This document shows, one piece after another, positions 41,023 through 49,367 of a stretch of DNA of 64,000 nt (its first letter is position 1; each line of letters begins with the position of its first letter). Source of the stretch: Anaeromyxobacteraceae bacterium (GTDB lineage Bacteria > Myxococcota > Myxococcia > Myxococcales > Anaeromyxobacteraceae); the NCBI GenBank assembly GCA_032654565.1, contig JAULAX010000017.1:708998-772997 (forward strand), in the 5' to 3' direction. Below the pieces are notes generated by a model. That model was not told the DNA's origin. It saw only the letters and a list, made by a program, of their open reading frames with translations, and did not search any database. Position numbers and translations under genes: made by a program.

Positions 41023-41051
41023 CCTCACGTGAACTGAGAACAGGAGCGCCG

Positions 41052-41834
41052 ATGACCGGGATGGCAGGCAAGGTGGTGGTGGTGACCGGGGGGGCCTCCG
41101 GGATCGGGCGCGCCGCCTGCCTGCGGCTGGCCGCGGCCGGGGCCCGGGTGCTGGTCACCGACCTCTCCCCCGCCGGCGAGCAGGTGGCCGGGGAGGTCCT
41201 GGCCGGCGGCGGCGAGGCGGCCTGGGCGCCGCTCGACGTCACCGACGAGGCGGCCTGGCCCCGGGTGCTGGCGCTGGCGGTGGCGCGCTGGGGAAGGCTC
41301 GACGCCCTGGTGAACAACGCCGGCGTGCCCCTCTCCGCCGATCTCCTCGAGACCAGCCTGGAAGCGTGGCGCCGGCTCATGGCGGTCAACCTCGACGGCG
41401 TCTTCCTGGGGACCCGCGCCGCCGTCGCCGCCATGCGCCGCCAGGGCGGCGGCGGCAGCATCGTCAACGTCTCCTCCACCAACGGCCTGGTGGGCAGCGC
41501 CGGCTCCAGCGCCTACTGCGCCTCCAAGGGGGGCGTCCGGCTCTTCACCAAGGCCGTCGCGCTGGAGTGCGCCCGCGACCGGATCCGCGTCAACTCGGTC
41601 CACCCCGGGCTGGTGAGGACGCCGATCTGGGAGCAGACCCTGGGGTGGAAGCGGGTGGCGGCGGCCACCGGGAGCGGCGAGCCCTTCTACGGGGCGCTGG
41701 AGCGGGCCACGCCCATGGGGCGCATCGCCGACCCGGCGGAGATCGCCGAGGCCATCCTGTTCCTGGTCTCCGACGCCTCCCGCTTCATGACCGGGAGCGA
41801 GCTGGTGGTGGACGGCGGGCTCACCGCCGGGTAG
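41052..41834 (+). CDS. SDR family oxidoreductase
   Basis: TGGASGIG, NNAG, YCASKGG, IRVNSVHPG, GSELVVDGG. Confidence 0.88.
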   Translation: MTGMAGKVVVVTGGASGIGRAACLRLAAAGARVLVTDLSPAGEQVAGEVLAGGGEAAWAPLDVTDEAAWPRVLALAVARWGRLDALVNNAGVPLSADLLETSLEAWRRLMAVNLDGVFLGTRAAVAAMRRQGGGGSIVNVSSTNGLVGSAGSSAYCASKGGVRLFTKAVALECARDRIRVNSVHPGLVRTPIWEQTLGWKRVAAATGSGEPFYGALERATPMGRIADPAEIAEAILFLVSDASRFMTGSELVVDGGLTAG

Positions 41835-41869
41835 CGGCCGCCACCGGCGCGAGAGGCCATGGACGCCAG

Positions 41870-42107
41870 GTGACGGCCGCTGCAGCGCCGCCCACGGCAG
41901 CGGCTTCAGCGTGATCTCGCGGACGTCGTGGGTGCCCACGAACTCGCGCCAGTCGTGGCGCGGCGCCAGCTGCTCGAGCTGCTTGGCCTCGTCCCTGGTC
42001 TTGAGCTGCCGGGCGGTGTCGAGGAAGATCTTGTGGTCGAGGACCAGCCCCTGCTTCTTCATCTCCGGGGCGTTCGGATGGAGTTCGGCCCGATCGCGAA
42101 GTAGCAT
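41870..42107 (-). pseudogene. Probable gene fragment of unknown family
   Basis: RBS GGAGGT plus ATG; strongly GC3-biased codons for MKKQGLVLDHKIFLDTARQLK...EITLKP; the frame has no nearby stop and runs antisense into the SDR gene. Confidence 0.4.
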
Positions 42108-42140
42108 CTCCACCTCCCTCGCAGGGTCTCCCCGCCCGAC

Positions 42141-43271
42141 GTGACCTACGACTTCGATCATCCCCCCGAGCGGCGCGGCACCGACTCGGTGAAGTGGGGG
42201 CGCTACGCCGGTCGCGACGTCCTGCCGCTCTGGGTGGCCGACATGGACTTCGCCGTGGCCCCGGCCATCGAGGAGGCGCTGCGGCGCCGCGTGGCCCACG
42301 GCGTCTTCGGCTACGCCGAGCCCTGGCCGTCGCTGGTGGAGGCGGTCCTGGCCCACCTGGCGGTCGAGTACGCCTGGGCCGTCGAGCCGGACTGGCTGGT
42401 CTGGCTCCCCGGCGTGGTGCCGGGCCTCGGCGTCGCCTGCCGCGCCGTCGGCGGCGGGGCCTTCACCGCCACCCCCATCTACCCGCCCTTCCTCTCCGCC
42501 TCCGGGCAGCTGGCCACGGCGCCGCTGCGCCAAGGGGCCGGGGGCTGGGAGTGGGACCTGTCGGCGGTGGAGGCGGCGCTCACCCCGGAGACCCGGCTCT
42601 TCCTGCTCTGCCACCCGCACAACCCGGTGGGGCGCGCCTGGGACGAGGCCGAGCTGCAGGCGGTCGACGCGCTGGCGGCGCGGCGCGGGCTCACCGTCTG
42701 CTCCGACGAGATCCACTGCGGCCTGGTGCTGGAGCCGGGCCGGCGCCACCGGCCCTACGCCACGCTCTCGCCGGAGGCGGCGCGGCGCAGCATCACGCTG
42801 ATGTCGCCGTCCAAGACCTTCAACGTCGCCGGCCTCGGCTGCGCCTTCGCGATCATCCCCGAGCCGTCGCTGCGGCGGCGCTTCGTCCGGGCCATGCGCG
42901 GCCTGGTCCCGCACGTCAACCTGCTCGGCCTCACGGCCTGCGAGGCGGCCTTCCGCGACGGCGGCGACTGGCACCGGCAGCTGCTCGACTACCTGCGCGG
43001 CAACCGCGACCGGGTGCTGGCCGCGGTGGCGGCCGAGCCGCGGCTGCGCACCACGCCGGTGGAGGCCACCGCGCTGGCCTGGATCGACGCGCGCGGCACG
43101 GGCCTGGCCCACCCCGGGCGCGCCTTCGAGGCCGCCGGGGTGGGGCTCTCCGACGGGCGCGACTTCGGCCCGGCCGGCCTCTACGACGGCTACGTGCGGC
43201 TCAACTTCGGCTGCTCGCGCGCCCTGCTCGACGAGGCGCTGACGCGGCTGCGCGGGGCGCTGCCGCGCTGA
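42141..43271 (+). CDS. MalY/PatB family PLP-dependent C-S lyase
   Basis: R.GT.S.KW, PLWVADMDF, CHPHNPVG, SDEIH, SPSKTFN, RLNFGC. Confidence 0.9.
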   Translation: MTYDFDHPPERRGTDSVKWGRYAGRDVLPLWVADMDFAVAPAIEEALRRRVAHGVFGYAEPWPSLVEAVLAHLAVEYAWAVEPDWLVWLPGVVPGLGVACRAVGGGAFTATPIYPPFLSASGQLATAPLRQGAGGWEWDLSAVEAALTPETRLFLLCHPHNPVGRAWDEAELQAVDALAARRGLTVCSDEIHCGLVLEPGRRHRPYATLSPEAARRSITLMSPSKTFNVAGLGCAFAIIPEPSLRRRFVRAMRGLVPHVNLLGLTACEAAFRDGGDWHRQLLDYLRGNRDRVLAAVAAEPRLRTTPVEATALAWIDARGTGLAHPGRAFEAAGVGLSDGRDFGPAGLYDGYVRLNFGCSRALLDEALTRLRGALPR

Positions 43272-43274
43272 GGA

Positions 43275-43976
43275 TCAGGGCGCCGTCAGCGTCTCCACCT
43301 GGACGGCCGCCAGGTGCGGGAAGAAGGTGCGCATGGGCGCGGTGCCACACCAGCAGGACAGGGCCACGGTCGCACCTCCCACCGGGATCACGGTGGCGGC
43401 CTGGAGGGGGATGGTCTGCATCTCGGCGCTGGCGAGCTGGTTGATCGTCCCGTCGAGGACGTTGGTGGTGGCCTGCCGGAGGTAGCACTGCACGCCGGCG
43501 AGAGCCCCGGTGAGGTTGTAGAGCCCCACCTTGGCCGTGACCAGGTAGGAACCCTCGGGCAAGGTCACGCTGGCGAGCGTGGTCTCGACGCTGGCCGGCA
43601 TGTCGACGAGGTGCTGGTTGAAGCTGCCGTCGAGCCAGGGGGCGTAGCCGTTGCTCGGGCCGCGCGGTCCGGTGGGCCCGGCGGGACCGGCCGCTCCGGC
43701 GGGGCCGGTCGGCCCGGTGAGCCCGGTGGACCCCTGCGGTCCCGTGGCGCCGGCCGGCCCGGTGAGCCCGGTGAGACCCTGCGGTCCGATCGGTCCGATC
43801 GGTCCGGTGAGCCCGGTGAGCCCCTGCGGTCCGGTGGGCCCCTGTGGCCCGATCGGCCCCTGCGATCCGGTGGGCCCCTGGAGACCGGTCGGCCCCTGAG
43901 GCCCGGGGTCGCCCTTGCTGCCGGAGCATCCGCTCACCAGGACCGCGAGCGCCACCACCGCCATCACGTTTCGCAT
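43275..43976 (-). CDS. Collagen-like lipoprotein
   Basis: Lipobox LVSGC; about 30 consecutive Gly-X-Y triplets; beta-rich C-terminal domain. Confidence 0.82.
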   Translation of the reverse strand: MRNVMAVVALAVLVSGCSGSKGDPGPQGPTGLQGPTGSQGPIGPQGPTGPQGLTGLTGPIGPIGPQGLTGLTGPAGATGPQGSTGLTGPTGPAGAAGPAGPTGPRGPSNGYAPWLDGSFNQHLVDMPASVETTLASVTLPEGSYLVTAKVGLYNLTGALAGVQCYLRQATTNVLDGTINQLASAEMQTIPLQAATVIPVGGATVALSCWCGTAPMRTFFPHLAAVQVETLTAP

Positions 43977-44122
43977 TGGAGTCCCCTCGCTGTTGGGACC
44001 TCATCTCGAGGTCCTGTGGTTTGACCGCCCTGCCTGGCCCAGCTTGGCCACTCCGCGGCCACGTGGCCGGGGAGCTCAAGGTGCGGTCGGATGTCGCGTG
44101 GCAATCCTACAGGATCGGAAAG

Positions 44123-44190
44123 GGACCCAGAGTGATTCTTCTGCACGGACCCAGAGTCGCTTCTGTCAGAAGAAGACGTGACCCACCCCC
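44123..44190 (+). repeat. REP-like motif copies (GGACCCAGAGT x2, GACCCACCCC)
   Basis: CACGGACCCAG shared with 7431; CACGGACCC shared with 45638. Confidence 0.6.
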
Positions 44191-44218
44191 GCAGGGACGG
44201 CCGCGCCGCGGACCATCG

Positions 44219-44329
44219 CCCTCCCCGCCCGACCAGCAACGCCCGAAAAGGAGAACGCCGGCCCCGCGTGAGCGAAGCCGGCGTCTGGACTGGTTGCGGG
44301 GCCAGGATTTGAACCTGGGACCTTCGGGT
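44219..44329 (-). repeat. 111-bp duplicate: tRNA-Met 3' fragment (39 nt, with CCA) plus downstream hairpin/terminator
   Basis: 108/111 identical to 45771-45881 (offset 1552); minus strand reads ...GGTTCAAATCCTGGCCCCGCAACCA. Confidence 0.9.
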
Positions 44330-44688
44330 CAAGGACCCGAGGGTCGACCGAGCAGCTTGCGGATGCCCGCCTCCAGCCCGTCCATCCGGGTCGTCGCGGT
44401 GACCCAGACGATCTCCAGGGATGCACCGAAGTACCCGTGCGCCAGGATGTCCCTCATGCCGCGCACGTTGGGCCACGGGATCTCCGGCACAGCAGCCGCG
44501 ACCTTATCCGGAATTCCCTTGGCGGCCTCGCCGATGATCTCGATGTTCCGCATCACCGCATCCTGCGTGCGTTCGTCGGCGAGGAAGGCCTCGTAGGTCA
44601 TCCCGGCGATGTACCGCCTGACCTTGCCGCACGCCTCGATGATGTCCTCGGCGTAGAGCTTCCAGTCGCGGTTCAAATCAGGCGACAT
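44329..44688 (-). CDS. hepT: HepT-like HEPN RNase toxin (DUF86)
   Basis: DAV.RN.EIIGEA, intact RxxxxHxY (RDILAHGY). Confidence 0.88.
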   Translation of the reverse strand: MSPDLNRDWKLYAEDIIEACGKVRRYIAGMTYEAFLADERTQDAVMRNIEIIGEAAKGIPDKVAAAVPEIPWPNVRGMRDILAHGYFGASLEIVWVTATTRMDGLEAGIRKLLGRPSGP

Positions 44689-44971
44689 CCACAGCCTCGC
44701 GCTCCACCGCTGGCCGCATCCGCGGCTTCAGGGCGTCAGGCGTGACCAGGTCGACCTTCCGGCCGAGCCGGTCCTCGAGGAAGAGCTTCAGGCCCACGAA
44801 GGCGTCCAGCGCCGGGGTGACATCGAACTCCACCAGGATGTCGACGTCGCTGTTCTCGCGCGCCTCATCGCGAGCCGTGGACCCGAAGAGCGAGACTCGG
44901 CGCACGCCGAAGTCCCGCCGGAGGGTCGGCAGGTAGCCCCGCAGGGTCGAGATGGCCTCTTCGCGCCGCAT
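44678..44971 (-). CDS. mntA: MntA-like minimal nucleotidyltransferase antitoxin
   Basis: LFGSTAR.....SDVDILVEF, GRKVDLV. Confidence 0.88.
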   Translation of the reverse strand: MRREEAISTLRGYLPTLRRDFGVRRVSLFGSTARDEARENSDVDILVEFDVTPALDAFVGLKLFLEDRLGRKVDLVTPDALKPRMRPAVEREAVDVA

Positions 44972-45065
44972 GGTGCCGAGTATACGGGGTTGGCCCTCCC
45001 CCTTCCATCTAGGGCCCTGGCTGTGCCGCGCGCTGCCGCCGGATATCATCAAGCTGAGGCGTCCA

Positions 45066-45317
45066 ATGGATGAGAACCAGCTGCTGCAGCGGATCGTCAG
45101 CGACCCGAGGGTCTTCGGCGGCAAGCCGATCATCCGGGGGCACCGGCTCGCCGTGGTGCACGTCCTCGGCATGCTCGCGGCCGGCGACACCACCGAGACC
45201 ATCCTCGCCGGCTACGCCTGGCTCGAGCGCGAGGATGTCCTCGCCTGCCTGGCCTACGCGAGGCGGGTCGTCGGCCATGAGCGCATCGAGCCCCTCCTCG
45301 TTCCGACCGGAACGTGA
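45066..45317 (+). CDS. DUF433 antitoxin
   Basis: RI..DP..FGGKP.IRG.R..V, L..EDV.ACL.YA. Confidence 0.88.
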   Translation: MDENQLLQRIVSDPRVFGGKPIIRGHRLAVVHVLGMLAAGDTTETILAGYAWLEREDVLACLAYARRVVGHERIEPLLVPTGT

Positions 45318-45649
45318 AGCTCCTCCTCGACTCCTGCGTCTGGGGCGGTGCCGCCGGACGGCTGCGCGCCGCTGGCCATGACGTCGTCTGGTCTGGCGAC
45401 TGGCCGGCGGACCCTGGGGACGAGGAGATCCTGGCTCGGGCCCTCGCCGAGGGCCGCGTCCTGGTCACGCTCGACAAGGACTTCGGCGAGCTGGCCGTCG
45501 TCCGCGAGCTCCCCCACGCCGGCATCCTTCGCCTGGTCGCGCAGTCCGCGCTGCAACAGGCCGAGCTGACCTTGCGGGTGATAGAGGCCCACGGCGCCGA
45601 CCTGGAAATCCCAACAGTCATGGAGGTGCCGAAGCGACACGGACCCTGA
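45314..45649 (+). CDS. DUF5615 PIN-like (VapC45-type) toxin, C-terminus running into a repeat element
   Basis: KLLLD, GHDV, D.EIL..A..E.RVLVT.DKDFGEL, HAGI. Confidence 0.82.
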   Translation: MKLLLDSCVWGGAAGRLRAAGHDVVWSGDWPADPGDEEILARALAEGRVLVTLDKDFGELAVVRELPHAGILRLVAQSALQQAELTLRVIEAHGADLEIPTVMEVPKRHGP

Positions 45650-45690
45650 ATCGCTTTGGGCGCCCAAAGTTGCGAAGGAGGGAGCCTGCC
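45638..45690 (+). repeat. REP-like element with palindrome TTTGGGCGCCCAAA
   Basis: Matches the reverse complement of about 7480-7531; compensatory changes in the palindrome. Confidence 0.75.
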
Positions 45691-45842
45691 TGGGTTCGGT
45701 CACGATCGGCTCGGTTGACTGGATCCGCACTCTGGGGGGGGGCCTGAGGTCGAAACCACGCCGCGAGTTCCCCTCCCCGCCCGACCAGCAACGCCCGAAA
45801 AGGAGAACGCCGGCCCCGCGTGAGCGAAGCCGGCGTCCTTAC

Positions 45843-45887
45843 TGGTTGCGGGGCCAGGATTTGAACCTGGGACCTTCGGGTTATGAG
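45843..45887 (-). other. att site: 3' half of initiator tRNA-Met (anticodon loop CTCATAA to CCA)
   Basis: Minus strand CTCATAACCCGAAGGTCCCAGGTTCAAATCCTGGCCCCGCAACCA; 5' half absent. Confidence 0.9.
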
Positions 45888-46052
45888 TCCTTACTCATAG
45901 TATGGGCAGACGGGCGTCGTTGTTGCGGTTTCGCTGGGAGACAGGGAGTTGGTGAGATGGCTCAGATCACGTGAGTGGACAAGAAATGACCTGAATTGAC
46001 TCTGGGACGGTCGCGGTTTGGACGCGGGTTGGGTGGGTGGACGACCCGACGG

Positions 46053-46394
46053 TCAGGCAAGGAACTTCCGGACGGCCGCCTCGAGTTCATCGAGCTGGTT
46101 CGTGGCGGTGCTCCACACAACCCTGGAATCCAGGCCGAAGTAGCCATTTACGGCAAGCTCGCGCATCCCCCGAACCGCCTTCCAGTCCACTTCTGGCGAG
46201 ACGGCAAGGACCTTCTCCGGTAGGCAATGTGCGGCCTCGCCGATGATCTCGATGTTTCGAATCACAGCGTCCTGCGTGCGGTCGTCGGCAACGAATGCCT
46301 GGTAGTCCATGCCGGAAATGAAGCGCCGAACCTTCCCGCAGGACTCGACGATGTCGTCGGCATAGAGTCGCCAGTCCCGCGTGCTAGTCGGCAT
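46053..46394 (-). CDS. Second HepT/DUF86 homolog with degenerate active site; orphan
   Basis: Similar to 44329-44688 but RELAVNGY replaces RxxxxHxY; preceded only by an mntA 3' remnant. Confidence 0.75.
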   Translation of the reverse strand: MPTSTRDWRLYADDIVESCGKVRRFISGMDYQAFVADDRTQDAVIRNIEIIGEAAHCLPEKVLAVSPEVDWKAVRGMRELAVNGYFGLDSRVVWSTATNQLDELEAAVRKFLA

Positions 46395-46488
46395 CAACCG
46401 CCTCGTATTCGGCGGCCAGGCGCATAGGCGGGCATCGCTGAATCGCTACCGACCCTGCTTGCGCGGACTCTTGACGCCGCATGCTGGG

Positions 46489-47520
46489 TCAGTTGGGTTG
46501 TGGAGTGGCTGGGAGTTGGGCCGCGTGCGCATCGTCACCTGAATGAGCTTCGCGAGGGACGCTCCCTTCCGGATCAGGGCTTGATCCAACTCTCTCCTTC
46601 CCTTCGGCCCCTGACTCTTCGGCCCGGCTTCCAACAGTAGCGGGAACATTTGCACCCTCCTCAAGTTCCTCGGGGTCATCACTATCAATCCACACTACGT
46701 TCAAGTCGTCGAGGTCATCGACAGAGTCGCTAACCAGTTCCGCCAACTCAAGTTCCTTCTCGGTCGGCTCTCGAACGCGATGAAAGAGCTCTCTTGCTTC
46801 GTCACGATCGATAACAAAGTCGTGGGACGGATACCCGCCAACAAGACGGCCGATCGCTTGCTCCTTCGCGTTTCGCCCCTTCTTGACGAGCCTCTCCCCG
46901 TAGTCGGAGGCGATCAACATCGTTCGATATACTTCTCCCAAACGCACTGGGTCGAGCTGTTTGTAGAGTTCAGCGTAGAGACCGACAGCCAACGAGGAAG
47001 CCAGTTCCCCAGCCATGCGCGTTGAGAGTTGGCCGCCGAGGTGGATGTCGAGCAAGTACCGCCGGAAGGTTGCAAGCGACCGCTCCTCCAGCAACTGAAG
47101 GGTCTGCATCGTATCCAGGCTTGATCCGAAGTCGTTGATCTCGTCCTGCTTGCGAAGTTGGACGTCCAGCGGGCCCAGTTCGCCACCGTCTGACATCACA
47201 AGCTCGTGGGCTCCCAAGCACAGGAGAGTGCCCGCACTCTTGCACGCATCGGTGATCACAATCGTGAGGCGGTTGTAGTTGGCACCGACGCAGCGGGCAA
47301 TACGGAATGCCGCGTGCGCGTCGCCTCCGAACGTCATGAGGAAGAGGAATACATTCTTCCGCTTCGGCTTCCGGGCGCGAAGATCCTCCTCCACGTGATT
47401 GAAGCCATGCATTGTAATGGGACCCGAATACAGCATCAGGTCCGCGTCGTGGGCGACCATCAGCTCGTCGGCCAATAGACGTCTTCTCTTTCTCCTCTCA
47501 TTCGACTTGCTTGCGTCCAT
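46489..47520 (-). CDS. SDH/ClpP-like (SppA-related) serine protease
   Basis: TFGGD, KSAGTLL.LGA..L.M...GELGPLDVQ, YPSH.F.I. Confidence 0.8.
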   Translation of the reverse strand: MDASKSNERRKRRRLLADELMVAHDADLMLYSGPITMHGFNHVEEDLRARKPKRKNVFLFLMTFGGDAHAAFRIARCVGANYNRLTIVITDACKSAGTLLCLGAHELVMSDGGELGPLDVQLRKQDEINDFGSSLDTMQTLQLLEERSLATFRRYLLDIHLGGQLSTRMAGELASSLAVGLYAELYKQLDPVRLGEVYRTMLIASDYGERLVKKGRNAKEQAIGRLVGGYPSHDFVIDRDEARELFHRVREPTEKELELAELVSDSVDDLDDLNVVWIDSDDPEELEEGANVPATVGSRAEESGAEGKERVGSSPDPEGSVPREAHSGDDAHAAQLPATPQPN

Positions 47521-47529
47521 GTCCCCTCC

Positions 47530-47973
47530 CTACTTGTTCTTCGCCTTGCGACCAGCCACCCACGAGACCTTCTCGGAACCGGCCTTGGAGTGAAGCAATT
47601 GATGAACTCGCTGGTGAGACATCTGCAGCAAGTCGCCAGTATCGCGCGTGCTCATGCCGCGACGTGTGAAGTCCACCGCTGCGGCTCGCACCGCCTTCTG
47701 AGCTAGGCGCTGAAGTCGTTCAGCGTCCATCCGAGCACTCATGGCTTCATCAAGCCGGCCCTTGATGGCGTCATCAAGGCGGAGGTTCTCGTTCATGACT
47801 ATGGCGCTGTCATCAACTCCCGTAGCCGCAGAGAGGGCTTCCCGAACTCGCTCCCTCGCCTGGGCCAGCGTCCTGCCCTGCGTGTGTACACCTGCCACCT
47901 CAGGAACGGACGCAACCCACCAGCCTTCCTCATCACGCTCAACTTCAACAACGTAGTGCCGCCGCTTCGACAT
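47530..47973 (-). CDS. hicB: HicB antitoxin with C-terminal HTH
   Basis: Y.V.VERDE.GWW.A.VP.V.G.HTQG.TL..A...VREA; S.RD.G.LL.MS.QRV.QL. Confidence 0.88.
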   Translation of the reverse strand: MSKRRHYVVEVERDEEGWWVASVPEVAGVHTQGRTLAQARERVREALSAATGVDDSAIVMNENLRLDDAIKGRLDEAMSARMDAERLQRLAQKAVRAAAVDFTRRGMSTRDTGDLLQMSHQRVHQLLHSKAGSEKVSWVAGRKAKNK

Positions 47974-47986
47974 GACGCTCTCCTCG

Positions 47987-48202
47987 CTAGTTCCGAAGGC
48001 TTCGCTTGAGCCAATGCTCACCAAGACACGGCTCAACATCCTTCTCTATCTTCCTCAGTAGTCCTGGGCCGATGTCTTCACCAGCATGAACCGGAACAGT
48101 GGTGCTGCACTTCCCGCACTGAACGCGAACGTGCGACCCCTTCGTTCGCACCTCGACGCATCCCAGAGACTTCAATATCTTCAGTAGACCTTTCCCCGTC
48201 AT
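47987..48202 (-). CDS. hicA: HicA mRNA interferase toxin
   Basis: L.S.G...VR.KGSH, TTVPVH...I.PG.L..I. Confidence 0.88.
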   Translation of the reverse strand: MTGKGLLKILKSLGCVEVRTKGSHVRVQCGKCSTTVPVHAGEDIGPGLLRKIEKDVEPCLGEHWLKRSLRN

Positions 48203-48257
48203 GGCCGCGAGCCTCGCAGACTACGCCCGCCTGCCCACCGGCAAGCGACCACATTCC

Positions 48258-48293
48258 GTCTATACAGATAGACACTTTCGGCCTTCCTGTCAA
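48258..48293 (-). promoter_or_regulatory. sigma70-like promoter of hicAB with overlapping palindromic operator
   Basis: TTGACA-17 bp-TATCTG; GTCTAT-N4-ATAGAC palindrome at 48258-48273 over the -10 element. Confidence 0.6.
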
Positions 48294-48545
48294 CTCTGCT
48301 AGACACGTCCCCGGCGGGTTGAAGAACCCCCTCTCGCGGCTTGCTTGGACACCCACCCGGGCCTCCAGCAGATGTGCCAAATCCTCTCGTTCCTGTCATG
48401 CGAGCCATTCCTCTCGGAAGTTCAGCCAGTTGAGTGCTGTCACTCGCCAGGCTCATGGGACCACCCGTCGCCAAGCACATGGGACCAGGGTGAGACGCGA
48501 GCGACCGCCTTCCAGATCGCATGAATCGGCCGCTCGCGTCGAGCC

Positions 48546-49367
48546 CTACCGCCGCCGCTTCTGCCGGGGGTGGACGGGGCGCTTCTCGACGGGGCGCTCG
48601 GGCGGCGGCCCGGCCTTGTCGACGGTGGGCTTCTGCCGCGACCGGTAGGACTCGCCCTCGATGACGAGGTCGTAGGCGGCGTTCTGGAAGCGGTCGATGG
48701 CGCTCTGGGCGAGCAGGGCGTCGTCGAAGGTCGTGAGCCACTCGGCGGTGTCGCGGTTGCTCGTGACCACGGTGGCGGCTCGGCCGGTGCGCTCGACGAA
48801 GAGCTGGTAGACGTCGCGGCTCTCCTCGCGGGTCATGGACTCGAGGGCGAAGTCGTCGATGACGAGCAGGTCGACGGCGATCAGCTCGGCCATGAGGCCG
48901 TCGCGGGAGTTGTCGAGGCGGCTCTGTCGCAGCAGGCGCAGCAGCGCATCGGCCCGGTGGAAGCGCACGTTGTAGCCGCTCTTGCAGGCGAGGTGGCCAA
49001 GGGCGCTGGCGAGGTAGGTCTTGCCGACTCCAACGGGGCCGAGGATGACCACGTTCCGCGCGTCGTCGGCGAAGCGCAGGCTGCACAGCTCCTGGAAGAC
49101 GCGCTTGTCGAAGTGAACCTTGGCCGTCTTGTCCCAGCGCTCCACCACCATGTCGGGATCGAGCCCGGCGTCGGCGGCGCGGTTGCGAGCGGCCGAGCTG
49201 CGCCGTCGCTCGATCTCGTCCACGAGCAGCATGAGCAAGAGGTCGTCGAAGGGCGTCTCGTCCTTCTCGGCGAGCGCGATGCGCTCGGGCAGCGTCGGGA
49301 GGATGCCGCCGAGGCGCAGGCGCTTGAGGGCGGCGGCGAGCTCCGGAGCCACGGTCCGGGCCTTCAC
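48546..49367 (-). CDS. istB: IS21 helper ATPase
   Basis: GPVGVGKT, LLVIDDF, TSNR, IDR, GESYR. Confidence 0.92.
   Translation of the reverse strand: MKARTVAPELAAALKRLRLGGILPTLPERIALAEKDETPFDDLLLMLLVDEIERRRSSAARNRAADAGLDPDMVVERWDKTAKVHFDKRVFQELCSLRFADDARNVVILGPVGVGKTYLASALGHLACKSGYNVRFHRADALLRLLRQSRLDNSRDGLMAELIAVDLLVIDDFALESMTREESRDVYQLFVERTGRAATVVTSNRDTAEWLTTFDDALLAQSAIDRFQNAAYDLVIEGESYRSRQKPTVDKAGPPPERPVEKRPVHPRQKRRR

Noticed and set aside
44291..45887. Two complete tRNA genes
   Set aside because: Only 3' fragments (39 and 45 nt); D-arm and 5' acceptor strand are missing
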